Below are positions 39,841 through 52,500 of a stretch of 64,000 nucleotides of DNA, piece after piece (position 1 is the first letter of the stretch; each line of letters begins with the position of its first letter). A model generated the notes under the pieces. That model did not search any database, was not told the origin of the DNA, and saw only the letters and a list, made by a program, of their open reading frames with translations. The stretch lies in the NCBI RefSeq assembly GCF_002113885.1, contig NW_018408920.1:832308-896307 (forward strand), given 5' to 3'. Position numbers and translations under genes: made by a program. The DNA comes from Mizuhopecten yessoensis. Its lineage: Eukaryota.

Positions 39841-40150
39841 TGTAGCGGAACTGGACTGAATCGATCTTTGGCGACCATGTAGCTCAATATATCGATAGAG
39901 CATCCGTCTAGAGTTCGGAGGGTCCCGGGTTCGAACCCCGGTGTTGCCGTTAATTTTTCCTCTTATGTTACTTCTAGCATTTGGTGTATGCTTGTCAATG
40001 GGATACTCGAACCTGGGTTGTAAAAAGTTGTGTCTTCGTGGGCGAAGACTTACAAAAAGGAGAGAGGAATGTAGCAGAACTCGACTTGGTCGATTATATA
40101 ATTGGTAGAGCGTCCGACTAGAGTTCGGAGGGTCTCGGGTCCGATTTGGT
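39841..40150 (+). mobile_element. TRIM family B with tRNA-like LTRs (3' LTR degenerate/truncated)
   Basis: LTR1 TGTAGCGGAACT...TAGCTCAA...GGTTCGAACCCC...TGTTAC (39841-~39972), ~97-bp spacer ending in PPT AAAAAGGAGAGAGGAA, LTR2 starting TGTAGCAGAACT at 40070. Confidence 0.78.
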
Positions 40151-40500
40151 ACATAGGCCTATATACTAGATTTTGAATTACATCTTGTGGTGCTATTTGA
40201 ACATAATAATTTTAAATTAATTTGTCTATAGATAGAAAAAAAAGAAGCAGTTACTATGTATTCTAAGGCCTTTACATTGTTATAACTGAACTGTTGACAC
40301 ATTTATTGATGGTCCTGATCCAATTTGGATCCTTAGAAAACAATTTCTTATGGGAAATTTCATCTTTCACGAAATTCAATGGAATCCTGGTTGGTTTTAA
40401 ACTGCATGTGAAACTATTTCTAAATTATTGAAAGACCACGCAGCTGTAGGAATTTATTTTACAATGACCGTTCTTCCTTAATGAATGAAAATATTATCTG

Positions 40501-40554
40501 CCAATCAAAATGCTCTATTGCGGGAACCCCGTTATTAACATCCGGGCATTTGAA
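40501..40554 (+). promoter_or_regulatory. Putative centrin promoter: CCAAT box, E2F-like site, CHR-like TTTGAA
   Basis: CCAATC at 40501, GCGGGAA at ~40520, TTTGAA at 40549-40554, all within 90 bp upstream of the ATG. Confidence 0.4.
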
Positions 40555-40591
40555 AGGCGGTCGGTTCGTCTCGAAGATCAACAAAACAGAC

Positions 40592-43500
40592 ATGGTATGT
40601 TTTCACGTGCTCAATTCAGACATAATAATTCGTTAATTTGCGGTACTTTAGCAGGATTTCTGTCCATAATTTCAATATTATCACTTATGCCGCATTGTAT
40701 AACATCAAACTTTATCTTAAAACACGATTGATATGTCAACCTGGTGGAAATTAGGCTAATATTTTCCCTGTCGATGCAAGATTCTGCATGTTTCGCGATC
40801 ACACACACGAAATGTTGACATTTCAGTGGCCAACCTCTATATTTGAATAAAACTTATTCATATTCTTTTCGTCGGGAACATTTGAAAGTTTGGACATATA
40901 TGATAGCAGTTGATGATTTGAAAATAAGTGTTTACAAATGTAGTACGAGGAATATTTAGTGAATCAATGCACATCTTTTACACAAACAGTACAGTATTTG
41001 AAATTTTGTTGAAGTGTTGATAAACTATTTTGACAATGCTGTACTGTATTCTGGCGTTTCGGATATTTTTTTACGGGAGTTTGAATCTCCTTACAATACC
41101 CATTTACTTCAAGCACCCATGGCCACTACACACCAGATACATTAAATATGGATGTGTGTACGACAAACACCTTTGGTGCCGTGTTTATTTTGAAGCTACA
41201 TTTCAGTACAGATACCAGCTAGACAGTATACAGTAACGTGGTATATAAACCCCATGATCTTAATTGGATGACATCAACAATGTGGATTTGCCTATCATGT
41301 TTTTTGAACAGTTTATTTTTTTTGACAAATCTAGTCTCATTTTGGAAATTGAAACCCACATGGTTTTATCTGGCCCAATAATCTTTAAATGTAATTATAT
41401 ATCAGTGTGATGATTTAATAATAAGTCTGAATAAAATTTAGAAATGCCCCTGTAAGCTATACTATTTTCATAGTACAGTATCTCTTATGAAATCTACAAA
41501 TTCTGACCATAAAAGCAGGTGAGGGACATCTTAGTGGTCATGTCTGTACATTGTACCTAACAAATAGCTCAGAAACTTTAATAAGTACTCTTTATCAAGC
41601 ATCTATCAGTAATATAAACTATTTACACATCAGACAATAAAAGTACATTTTCCATTGTGTAGGCAAGTTACGGGGGAAAGAAAAATGCTCTGGCAGGGAG
41701 GGGAATGAAGAAAGGTGGTCCCAAACCAGAGCTTACAGAGGAACAGAAACAGGAAATCCGAGAGGCGTTCGATTTGTTCGACACAGATGGCTCTGGTACA
41801 ATTGATGCAAAAGAACTCAAGGTATGTTTGTACTGTCTTATAGGATTACCCCAAACATTCTATAGTGGAGTTAATGGAGAATGCTGGTAAAAATATTTAT
41901 ATTACCAAATATATTTTATGACATAACGATACACTTGTTGTTAATTATGTAACAGTTGTAATTCTAAATCATATGACTAAACAAGAAGATTGCTAAGTAA
42001 AGGTAAAAAAATATACACTGATGTGTGATGAAAATAGCAAAAATGCTACGTACAAATGCATTGTAAGGAATTAGGTTATCTTGTGATAAGTACTAGTTCT
42101 TTATGCTTGCATATATACAGTCATGTTGTGCAAATGAACATTATTTAGAACAATAAATGTTCATAATTTTCAACTTTATTTTTGGTAAAAAAACATGTGC
42201 TTTTTGTTCTACCTTAAAGCACTATCAGTTATTGAAATGAACTACTGTATATTAATATAAGTTTTTTACATTTCCCACCTTGTCAGGGCTAGCTTCATTT
42301 GTCCTGAAGTGATATCCATATGCAATGTTAGTGCTGTAATAGTATTAAAAATCAAAATGCATCAAATTACATTACGAAAATGAGTTTTAGAGAAAACATG
42401 ATTGGCTATATATTTAAGTGATAATTTTGACCATTTAATCTCAGCAAATATAGTCCTGAAATTTCGGTCAACGGGAAGCCAAAAGACAATTATAAATGTG
42501 TATACACAAAATTGGAAAATACTCAACAGATGTGTATTATTGCAGTGCTTAGCTATAGGTGTGTGTTGGATATCCCAGCTACTGTGTATAGCACAGCGTT
42601 CGTGTTAAAAGTAATTCTCAAGAAGTAATAACAAAAAATTGTTTTGCAGGTGGCGATGAGAGCGTTAGGTTTTGAGCCGAAGAAAGAAGAAATAAAAAAG
42701 ATGATTTCAGACATCGACAGAGAAGGAACAGGTATACATTCCTGGATAGAACTCCTAAATAAAATCCAGCATCATCTTCAGAATCCAAGGGTTCCATTCT
42801 AATTTCACATATATATTCTCTGTGACCTTGTGTTTTTGGAATAAGTCATGGCAAAGTTGAACACATCTTACACAACATCTTGCAGATAATACAAGTAGAC
42901 CTGTCTGATGAAGAACAAAGGAATTGAGCTGCAGCCTAACTATAAATCCACAGGTGTTAAAGTTAGAGGTAGCTCCTCTGTAATTTTCAAAGGACAGGTG
43001 CCAGTCTAACGATTGGTCGAGGCAACGCCAAGATAAGGCGTCTGATCATCTACAATCACTAGCCCTCAACTCGGTCACCATAGATGTCAACCTCAAGCTC
43101 TGAAACCTCTAAGGAGGGAGATCTCCCTCATTCAACATTTGAAACGAGGGAGAAAGTGCACGAAACATGACTTAACTGCTTTGCTCAATTTCTCTTTCCC
43201 TTTTTATGTATCAACTCCAAAAAGCATTCATTTGATTCAGACACACCTGTTATCAACTTAAGATCATTACACACACACACCCTGCAGTAACTAAGAGATC
43301 ATTTGGCCACAGGATGTAGATTTTGACTTTGTCTGAGTTTGGACTTTAATGAGGGAGTTTTGAGAGAAATTGGTAAGTTTTGGTCAAAATGAAGGAGTCT
43401 CCCTCCTAATGAGGGAGGTTTGACAGCTTTGGGTCAATGGTTTGAGGCGTACGTGGGCAGATGCCACCTCCGTAGGTCGTTGGGTTTTTCCTCCCTGTAC

Positions 43501-44779
43501 GTACTCTGGCTTTCTTCAATCACCAAAACTTGGCATACCGGTATCTTTTATAGCTGTTATAAGGATGTAAAACCAAACCAAATCAAACCAATTTAGCGAT
43601 TAGTCAGATTATTATACCTGAAAATAATTTTGTTGTGATATAATTCAAGGGTGCGAAAGTAATATATATGTATATTGAAATCAAAACCCTTGGATTTCAA
43701 AGTAGGCCCAACAAATACATGTGGTGAAATGGTGGCCTAATAAATACATGTGGTGAAACAGTGGCCTAACAAATACATGTGGTGAAATGGTGGCCTAACA
43801 AATACATGTGGTGAAATGAAACTGGTTAATTATTATTCTTTTCTATTGGTCGCTCATAATTTCTACTAACAAACTAAAAACAGTATCCAAAATAAGATTA
43901 TTTATTTATTATAAATATAAAATTATCATTATTGTCTTCTTTAAATAGGTACCATTGATTTCAACGAGTTTCTGATGTTGATGACACAGAAAATGAGTGA
44001 AAAAGATGTAAAAGAAGAAATCCTTAAAGCATTCAGACTGTTTGATGATGATGACACTGGTAAAATCTCATTCAAAAATCTCAAGCGTGTAGCCAAAGAA
44101 CTAGGGGAGAGTCTAACAGATGAGGAACTACAGGTAAGTCTACTGTGTCCAGCTTTGTGGCAGCTATTCCAGGAAAACTAGTGTAAGGGACAGGAGGGAG
44201 TTTAAATATAAGTGTGTGGGTAAAACTGGCCCTACAAACTTTTTATGATGTATATATCAAATGTATAACATTGTCTTTGAAGTTTTGCTTTGTGTCATCC
44301 CCTCCTCCGATACAAACATCATCTACATGTTTGATTGTGTGAAGTGATATTTACAGATGCATTTGAATATATTATTCTTGCTGCGTTGACTTTGTAGTTT
44401 TGAAATTGAGATTGTTCGGACTGTAGCTATATGGTTTTACTTGTAACAGCATTGTTCATGGTGATTTTTGACATGTCAGAGGAAAAATATTCATCATATC
44501 TGTACATACGTTATAGTCATTAACCATGTATGAATATCTCGATTATTGTTTATGTTAAATACAGTATTGGTAGTGTGATGAATAGAATTTGTTGAATAGA
44601 GAAAATTTAATTTACTAAATAATAAAATAATCTGATATACAAATACACCTCTTAATTGTAAATTTGAATTTTCTTTAATTATTTTTCAGGAAATGATAGA
44701 TGAAGCAGATCGCGATGGCGATGGTGAAATTAATGAAACAGAATTCCTGAAAATCATGAAGAAAACAAGTTTGTACTAG
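40592..44779 (+). CDS. CETN2: Centrin (caltractin), CETN1/CETN2-type, 172 aa
   Basis: Exons 40592-40594 (ATG only), 41663-41821, 42650-42731, 43949-44133, 44690-44779; GT-AG and in phase (519 nt). [41 protein letters not shown], four EF-hand-type loops, C-terminus MKKTSLY. The ATG-only exon is the least certain part. Confidence 0.95.
43013..43592 (+). mobile_element. SINE in centrin intron 3, interrupted by a TIR element at 43079-43431
   Basis: SINE-like head at 43013-43078, resuming at 43432 with GGGTTTTTCCTCC...TACTCTGGCTTTC and an (AAACC)n tail. The insert has TIRs CATAGATGTCAACCTC / GAGGTTTGACAGCTTTG and flanks GGTCAC/GGTCAA. Confidence 0.6.
43709..43818. repeat. ~30-bp tandem repeat, ~3 copies
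   Basis: AACAAATACATGTGGTGAAATGGTGGCCT recurring. Confidence 0.85.
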
Positions 44780-45599
44780 TATTCTAAAAAACTTAATAAT
44801 TATTTAGACATTCCATTGATTTCATCTTCACAAAGTGAGAGAGTCTGGGACCAAGCGAGAGGGAAAACAAGCAAGAAGATCTGAATATGTGCCGGAACTT
44901 ACATGTCTGTTTTGAAGGTGTTATGTGTACAGTAACTGTTCTGTTTCATCTCGTTACTTAGTATAAAGTCTCAAGTGTCACAACAATTCTCCAGGAATTA
45001 TAAATGCTGCCAGTTTCTGTTCTGAAATTCTTTGTTTATTTAAGAAAAAGATTATAGCCTGGAGTTTTGGTGTAATTACGTATGTGCTTTTTTGGTCAAA
45101 GGGAGATTACTCATAACCAGTTACAGATGATTTTTGCCAAAATTTCTTAAATTGGTAACAGTCATTCTTAGACAAAAAACTGTAAGAAATCAATAGTTTT
45201 CTCAAAGAAATGTAAATGTAAGATAGTTATTCCCTGAACTATGACAAAAAATAATTAGTTACATATTTTTCTTTATTGTAATACCTGTCAACAGTTTAAC
45301 GGATAGAAACTTAAAACAAATCAAGTTAAACATATTCTAGTTCCATGTGAAGTGCTACAGAATATTGGTTTTAATACAGGTTGTTTCATTAATGCTGATA
45401 TAAATATCACCAATTTGTCTGTACATTGCTTATAAACAAATGTTCAACCATTTATTTTGTAAATAAATATGATTAAATATATATATTAAAAGTGTTTCTA
45501 TTGTCAACTTTTTTCTTTGTTTCCTCCCTTTTATACTACATATCTTAAACATACTACATCCAATTTTTGTATTTTGTATTTTTGTAACCTTTAATATTT

Positions 45600-46230
45600 C
45601 TTGTAGAAATTTTCATGAAGAAGATTGTTTTTTAGCCAATTTAACCCCTTTTGGCTCCACTACCACTTGCATGGTCAGAAACATCTTTACTTAGTATTAT
45701 TACCTAGAATCATCAAACTCTGAGATAATTTCTGGAAAGATGTCAAAACTATAATGGGTGGTGGGTGGGTGGGTTCAGCCCCGTCATGAGAATAAATTCT
45801 GATCATCATCAAAGCATTATTTATGAAAACGTTCGTCAAAATCTACCTGTAAGTTTCACAGAAGAAGTGTTTTGATGGTTTTGTACTCTGAGATCCCTTA
45901 TGGCCCTCGAGCTCCCCTCCAGCCCCCTTGGATGGAGGTCAGCCAAACTTGAGTACCTATATATTCTAATCCACACTTCAGACTGATGATTCATCAAATA
46001 TGACGGACAGTTCCTGAGGAAAGGTTCACCTATCCCCAGGTTAATCCACATGTAAGTTTCACAGAAGAAGTCTTTGGAAGGTGGTGCATTCCGTGACCTC
46101 TTATGGCCCTGCACTTCAGGCAGCCCATGTGGAAAAGTCAAAAATATATATGATTGTTTATACATGATGGATAACACAATGACAGACAAAATCGCAATAG
46201 GTCACCTGAGCGACTCAAGTTACCCCAAAA
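45600..46230 (-). mobile_element. Degenerate HINE-like element (minus strand)
   Basis: Right end GCAATAGGTCACCTGAGCGACTCAAGTTACC is the reverse complement of a HINE-type 5' hairpin. Body resembles the HINE cores elsewhere in the window (GAAGAAGATT, TTTAACCCCTTTTGGC). Confidence 0.55.
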
Positions 46231-47341
46231 ACTGCAAACAAATCTTCATGTTACAGAATTGAAGTCTTATGGGGGAAATATAAAAGGCAAGACAAACACT
46301 TTGATTATATTTATTCTGTTTTACTACACAAATGAAACGTTACAACATATTTTGAAATTGACTTCACTTCCAACAATTAGTTGCAATACCAGGTAATACA
46401 AAAACACCAATTGCTGTCCATTCGGTTAAATTAAAACTGGAACTGTTGCCATATTGGCAGACTAAAAACTCATAAGTGGTGTTAGAATATAGATTGAAAG
46501 AAGTATATGCAGTGTACCATGAATGGCTGCGAAGCTATATGAGGCCAATATTCAAAATCAACAAATGTAAATAATTTCACAAAATAAAATCAACACAACG
46601 CTATGTAAGAGCATACGTGACCTATTAAAATCACAGCTATCTTTCTGTTAATGATTGTAATAAGTCCTACAGTTAAATGATTCTTACCTGTAGGAGAACA
46701 TGATGTAATTTTGAAATTCCTGATCAAAAGACCCAACAACATTTTCACTAGCATCACTATGCTATTAGAAACTATGATTATGGCATCACCATGCTAACTG
46801 GAACCATAATGACTATAAAAACAACAATGGGAACCATGACATCATAATTATGATGTCAACTCTAACGTAGATTTTGACGATATGATTACATGAACCACCA
46901 CCATGATGTACATGACCATGACATCTTGAATCATTGCCATGACAACTGGTTTAATTATAGGACTACTATGATCAGGACAACCAGTGCCTACAATGTAGTT
47001 GTTCAAAAGGGGATTAGCCGAATCACTGTTTAACATCATTTTTCAACCTCCAAAAATTTGGTCAGTAACAAGGTAAAATATGATATTTTGTATGTAGTTT
47101 TAATCTGCAAAAATATTTGCTTTTTGGAAAGTTTTAACTCAGTTAATGGTTATATTTTGAAGATGCTCAAAAAAATCAAATTTGAACTAATCACTTATCA
47201 AGCTAATCACCTTTTGAACAACTGGGACCTAAATGATAACTTTATTGACCATAACAGCTGGTAACATGACCTACATCACCATGCCAACTAAAACTATAGT
47301 TTCCAGCATCATTACAACTAGGACCATAATTATATAATTAC

Positions 47342-47705
47342 TACACCACAGTTACCATGTACACCACGGTTACCATGTACACCTCGTTGACCATGTACAT
47401 CGCGGTTACCATGTACACCACAGTTATCATGTACACCATGGTTACCATGTACACCACGGTTACCATGTACACCACGGTTACCATGTACACCACGTTGACC
47501 ATGTACACCACAGTAACCATGTACAACACGGTTACCATGTACACCACGGTTACCATGTACACCTCGTTTACCATGTACATCGCGGTTACCATGTACACCA
47601 CGGTTACCATGTACACCACGGTTATCATGTACACCACAGTTACCATGTACACCACGGTTACCATGTACACCACGGTTATAATGTACACCACAGTTACTAT
47701 GTACA
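47342..47705. repeat. 18-bp minisatellite, ~20 copies
   Basis: ACCATGTACACCACGGTT units within a wider ACCAT-rich degenerate zone (~46750-47950). Confidence 0.93.
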
Positions 47706-49240
47706 ATGACCATAACAACTCTATGGTGACCATGCAGCAACATGGCCAATAATTAAAATCTATGAGAACTGAAACCATGACTAGGCATACATAATCCCCA
47801 TTACCACTGGAATCATATATAGCTTAAACCACAACTAGACACATGAATTCTATCATTCAAACCATGACCACAAGCACCACTTCCATAGAAATCATGTTTA
47901 CCTTTTCCTAGTATTATCATGACAATCACACATAACTACAATTACCAGGGACCAGGATCTATATAGGCATGATGACAACGAAGTAAACCACAATTAATCA
48001 GAACTTGATTATAACCTTTTTGTATGAAAACATGAAATTCCATCATGTAACATAAAATTCATTAACATTTTTATATACTAAGATTACACACAAATCTCCA
48101 AATTACACTTGTATAAAATTAAACATGCAGAATATCACATAAGATTTAAATTTCATTCATATCAAAATGTACATAGATATAATTAAAATGAATACTGATT
48201 ATCGCATAAATCAATAAAACACACATTAATGGATATTCATATCTATAAATTAATTATAAAAGATATAATATATAAAGGTATATATACCATGTGACCATAT
48301 TCTGTTTAAATTTTACAATGAGGTTGGGTGTACAGATTTGATTCTGATTGATATCATTTATGAGTTTATGTAAGTAAATGCTGATTTGTGTATTGTTCGT
48401 GCATCTTTAAAAATACGATGTCTGAATTGTGTATTGTTTTTATAAAGATTTTGTTGTATCAAATTACCCCACCAAAGAGATGAACCTCAAACAACCCTAC
48501 AACAGAGTATCGAGACTCATTCTTGTGATATGATGTTATAATTCTTAATCATAAAAGATTAAAGGGAAAAAATATGGATTCTTCTACAATATATTCCAAT
48601 GCTGTAAAATGGGAACATTTTCTCGCTGTAGAATTATTTTCTTGAGTACACTAGCTAAACCACACTTTTGTCTAAACTAGCCAGAAATTGCAACATCTGC
48701 TAATTAAGACTAGGGTCAATCCAGGACTCTCTGCAAACTGGCCAAAGTATATGGTTACTTCAAGAGTGTCCATTTTAGATGTACAATGTTAGATGTACAA
48801 ATGTGATTTTGTAGAAAGTAAATTAGTGTAAGATATTGAAGCATCATTAAACCTACATTACCATCACTAGGTACCTAAAGTGTAGTGTACTGAAACTAAA
48901 CGGATGTCACTGTATTCAATGTTAAGAGTCTTTGACACTGATGAGCTCAATATCTTAGCAGATGTTATATATACCGAGGTATCGAAGATGAAAAGATCGA
49001 AAATCATCCCAAATGGGTTACTTTGTTTCAGTGGAACATATGACCGTTATTACCCTTGAAAAAAAGACCAATAGAAATCGGTCAACCTGTTGTTTCATCA
49101 TTCTAGGTAGAACAATCGGTTCATATCACACCGTTTCCAATAAAGAAAAACAAGCAATCAGGTCTTCTTGACATTATAAATCAGTAGAATGAACTAAAAC
49201 GGAGAAATCAGTTGACCACAAACAGAAAGTAAGCAACAAG

Positions 49241-49504
49241 GGTCTGTTTCATGAAACTGTTCTCATGCTTTTTGAGTACCGGTAGATATATTCTTTGTTC
49301 AAACTAACTTTCTATACCCGTTTAAATCATGTCACAAGGTCAAAACTTCTAAGTTTAACCAATAAAAACGGCATTCGGTTTTAATTATCTCTAACTCTCA
49401 TCCATATATCTTTGACAAAGTATTATTACATTGCCGGAAGAAGAAATTTTGCTTGAGTACAGATTCTGAGTAATAGTATAAAAACAGTTTCATGAATATG
49501 GGCC
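49241..49504. mobile_element. Harbinger-like MITE just downstream of the CLN5 stop codon
   Basis: TIRs GGTCTGTTTCATGAAACTGTT / AACAGTTTCATGAATATGGGCC and a 3-bp AAG duplication. Internal similarity to 1262-1617. Confidence 0.7.
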
Positions 49505-49551
49505 AAGGTCTTTTAAACGTGATATTGCTTGATAGAAAATAATATGTAAGT

Positions 49552-52500
49552 TCAAAGTTTTCCGAATTTTGCTTTCCAGTATTCGTCTTCCTGCTGCCAA
49601 ACACTGTGTGGTTTGTGGTAGACCTCACCACCACCACCTCCAGGTAGAGGTACCTGGTCGTACGATAGACTGGCAAATGGTTTCTTCATCGGAAGCAGCC
49701 AGTAGGCACTGTTGTAGTATAAATAGAATTTATCTCTATTCATAATATACAGCAGAGCATCTAATAAGTTTAGGACCAGTTTCTCATCAGAGACATGTGA
49801 CTGGAAATCCTTATAGAAATTTATCATGTCTTTTGCTAATGCTGCATTGCTTTTGTTTCCAAAAATCTCGGTTTCGTTGCCAAGATAGATTGGCTGACTG
49901 GAATACAGATGTATACGTGTGTAGTTCAGGCTAACGCTGTGATCAAACTTTGCTCCAATTACACCAAGCTGGTCAAATGCACGAAGGACCCAACTTGCAC
50001 AGTCAAAAGCGTCAAACCACATTTGGCCTCCTGAAATATATAGATACAGAAGTCAAAGTTTGCCGTACAAGATCTAGGTAAGGAAAATGTACCAAACTTG
50101 GATACTCAGTGTACAGCAATGCATGCACAAGTAATAAATATTTAATATGGAAGTTTTTTTTATATACTTTCCTACCAAACTTGCATTATTTCCTATAAGT
50201 GCAATGACCAATGAAATAATAAAATGCTAATTCTTTAGCGGCTGACTGCCGTGTCAAAGTCCATGAAATTTGAACCAGTTATAAAAAGAGGCTTACAGTA
50301 ATTTACAATGTACATACACTGTATATATTTCTTACCAGGTTCACTCTCCACTGTCCAGGTTTCGTAGAAGAGACCAGTTCGGTTGTCCTTTAACACCCAG
50401 TCAGCAAATGTGTTAAACTGGTCTCCTGCAGTGATCCAAGAATGCAATGTACAACGATATGGATGACACTAATTACAGGTTCATGAATGACAGGATTATA
50501 CATATGATCACATAGAGTACAGAGATGGTGTTAAATAATGTTACTTTGAAATCAATGTCATAACATCACCATACGAGGGTGAAAATCTGATACAATTATT
50601 GACACTTAATGAGATCAATTGAAATATTTATCATCCTGAAAATTCAAATGTTCAATGCAGACTTTCTAAATCATCATGTGAAATTTTAACAAATGTTAAA
50701 CCTTATTATGATGAGCAATTTTCACTGATTCCAATTTCTATTATAAAATAAAACTTAGTTCACTTTCTTGTTTTTGTTGAAATATCATACCTTTTTAGCT
50801 TTATGCCTGATTAAAGATTGGCAAAAGACCTAAGAAAATACCTGTCATCGTGGCGACCTTAGCTAGTGTGCCGTTCTGGTGCCACAGTTTATCCTCAATC
50901 CCGTCGTAGATACAGGTAGCTCCCTGGTTGCACCACTGGAGAGTGTCGTTCTTTAGGAGATGAGGAAATGTACAGTTAAACAGCTGGAAGAGTTCATACC
51001 ACTCCATGGTGTAATTATGTCCAGTCTTCACATTCTTGATACCAAGAGCATCATGAATTATATGCTGCGAATAGAAATTAAAGAATTATCATTACTTAAA
51101 GACATTCTATTGTAGCGGAACTAGACTGGGTTGATCCTTGGCGACCAGGTAGCTCAATAGGAAGAGTGTCCTTCAAGAGTTTAGAGGGACACAGGTTTGA
51201 ACCCCAGAGACTGGCCGAGTTTAGAGGGACTCAGGTTTGAACCCCAGAGACTGGCCGAGTTTAGAGGGACACAGGTTTGAACCCCAGAGACTGGCTGTGC
51301 ATTTTTCCATCTCCTGTTACACTATCATCAACCCTGAATTTATTTAGAACATGACATAGTGTTATTTTTAAGCAAATTGGTTCATATTGCATCTGTACCT
51401 CTCGAACTCCAAGAAATGTGTTTGGAATTAAATCTCTCCGACAACAGTATTAAAAACCATCTTCAGATCTGTGACTGTTCAATTTTGAATTGTTTGTAAT
51501 GGTTTTACCTATATTTTGTCAAAATGATATATATGTACAATATTAAATGTAGATTTAATTTTTGCTCTGAGTTGACAGACTTGTTTCAACCATTTGAAAT
51601 TCATAAGACTAACATTTGACAAGTTGAGATTTGAAAAGTTTTAAATTATGTACTACATGTATGTTATATTCTATTTTTAGAATTTGTCAACCCATATTCT
51701 TTAGGAGTAGATTTTAAAATAATTGTCCTACTTCCCCCATTCGTCACATCCTTCTGGCCTGAGGAATTACCACACCTTTTTAAACAAAACTGAATCCCCA
51801 TGCCACGCGGCCCAAGATCGAGGCACATAGACCACCTGTATTTCAGGGGTACTCTTTGAAAGGTCAACACAAATTTAACATCTTGTATCAATCCAAGCGT
51901 GGATAATGAAATGATACAGAATAATTACGATATAACTTTTGGACTATCTAAAATCTAAATCAACAGACCCCACAATATAGCCTAAATCTCTTATTAACCC
52001 TTTTACCACTGTAGACCATAATGGACTCATCCATAGCAATGCATGGTAGAGTCTACTAAAGTTACATAGGGGGTGAAACGGTTAAGATTGATTGTTTCTG
52101 ACCATGAAACCGTTCCAGGGAAAACAATTATATTTTGCTATAAGTTATTGTAACATATGTCTTGCGTAAACCACTTACAAATTTTCCCAATAAATCTCCA
52201 AACTTGAACTGCCAGACAGGTTTCTTAAGAGCATAAATTTCTACTGGATCTGTGGGATTGAACAATGGCATGGAGTTGTCGGGCTCTCCACTTGGACAGA
52301 ATGGAATGACACCAGCCTGACAGAAAGGGCTGGATATGGGGCGGTGATCATATCTCCTGAAAATTGCAAGGAAAATTAAACATTGTTAAGATTTACATTT
52401 CTATAATTATTGTAAATTACATGAATATCGCATTAAAATAATTTAATAATTATTGTTAAAATTCTTTGCCTTAGTGAGAATGTGTTGCTCGAACACGTAC

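Noticed and set aside
39700-39945. Functional tRNA genes
   Set aside because: A/B-box-like motifs are present but the acceptor and anticodon stems do not pair convincingly. The sequences sit inside LTR-like direct repeats with PBS/PPT.
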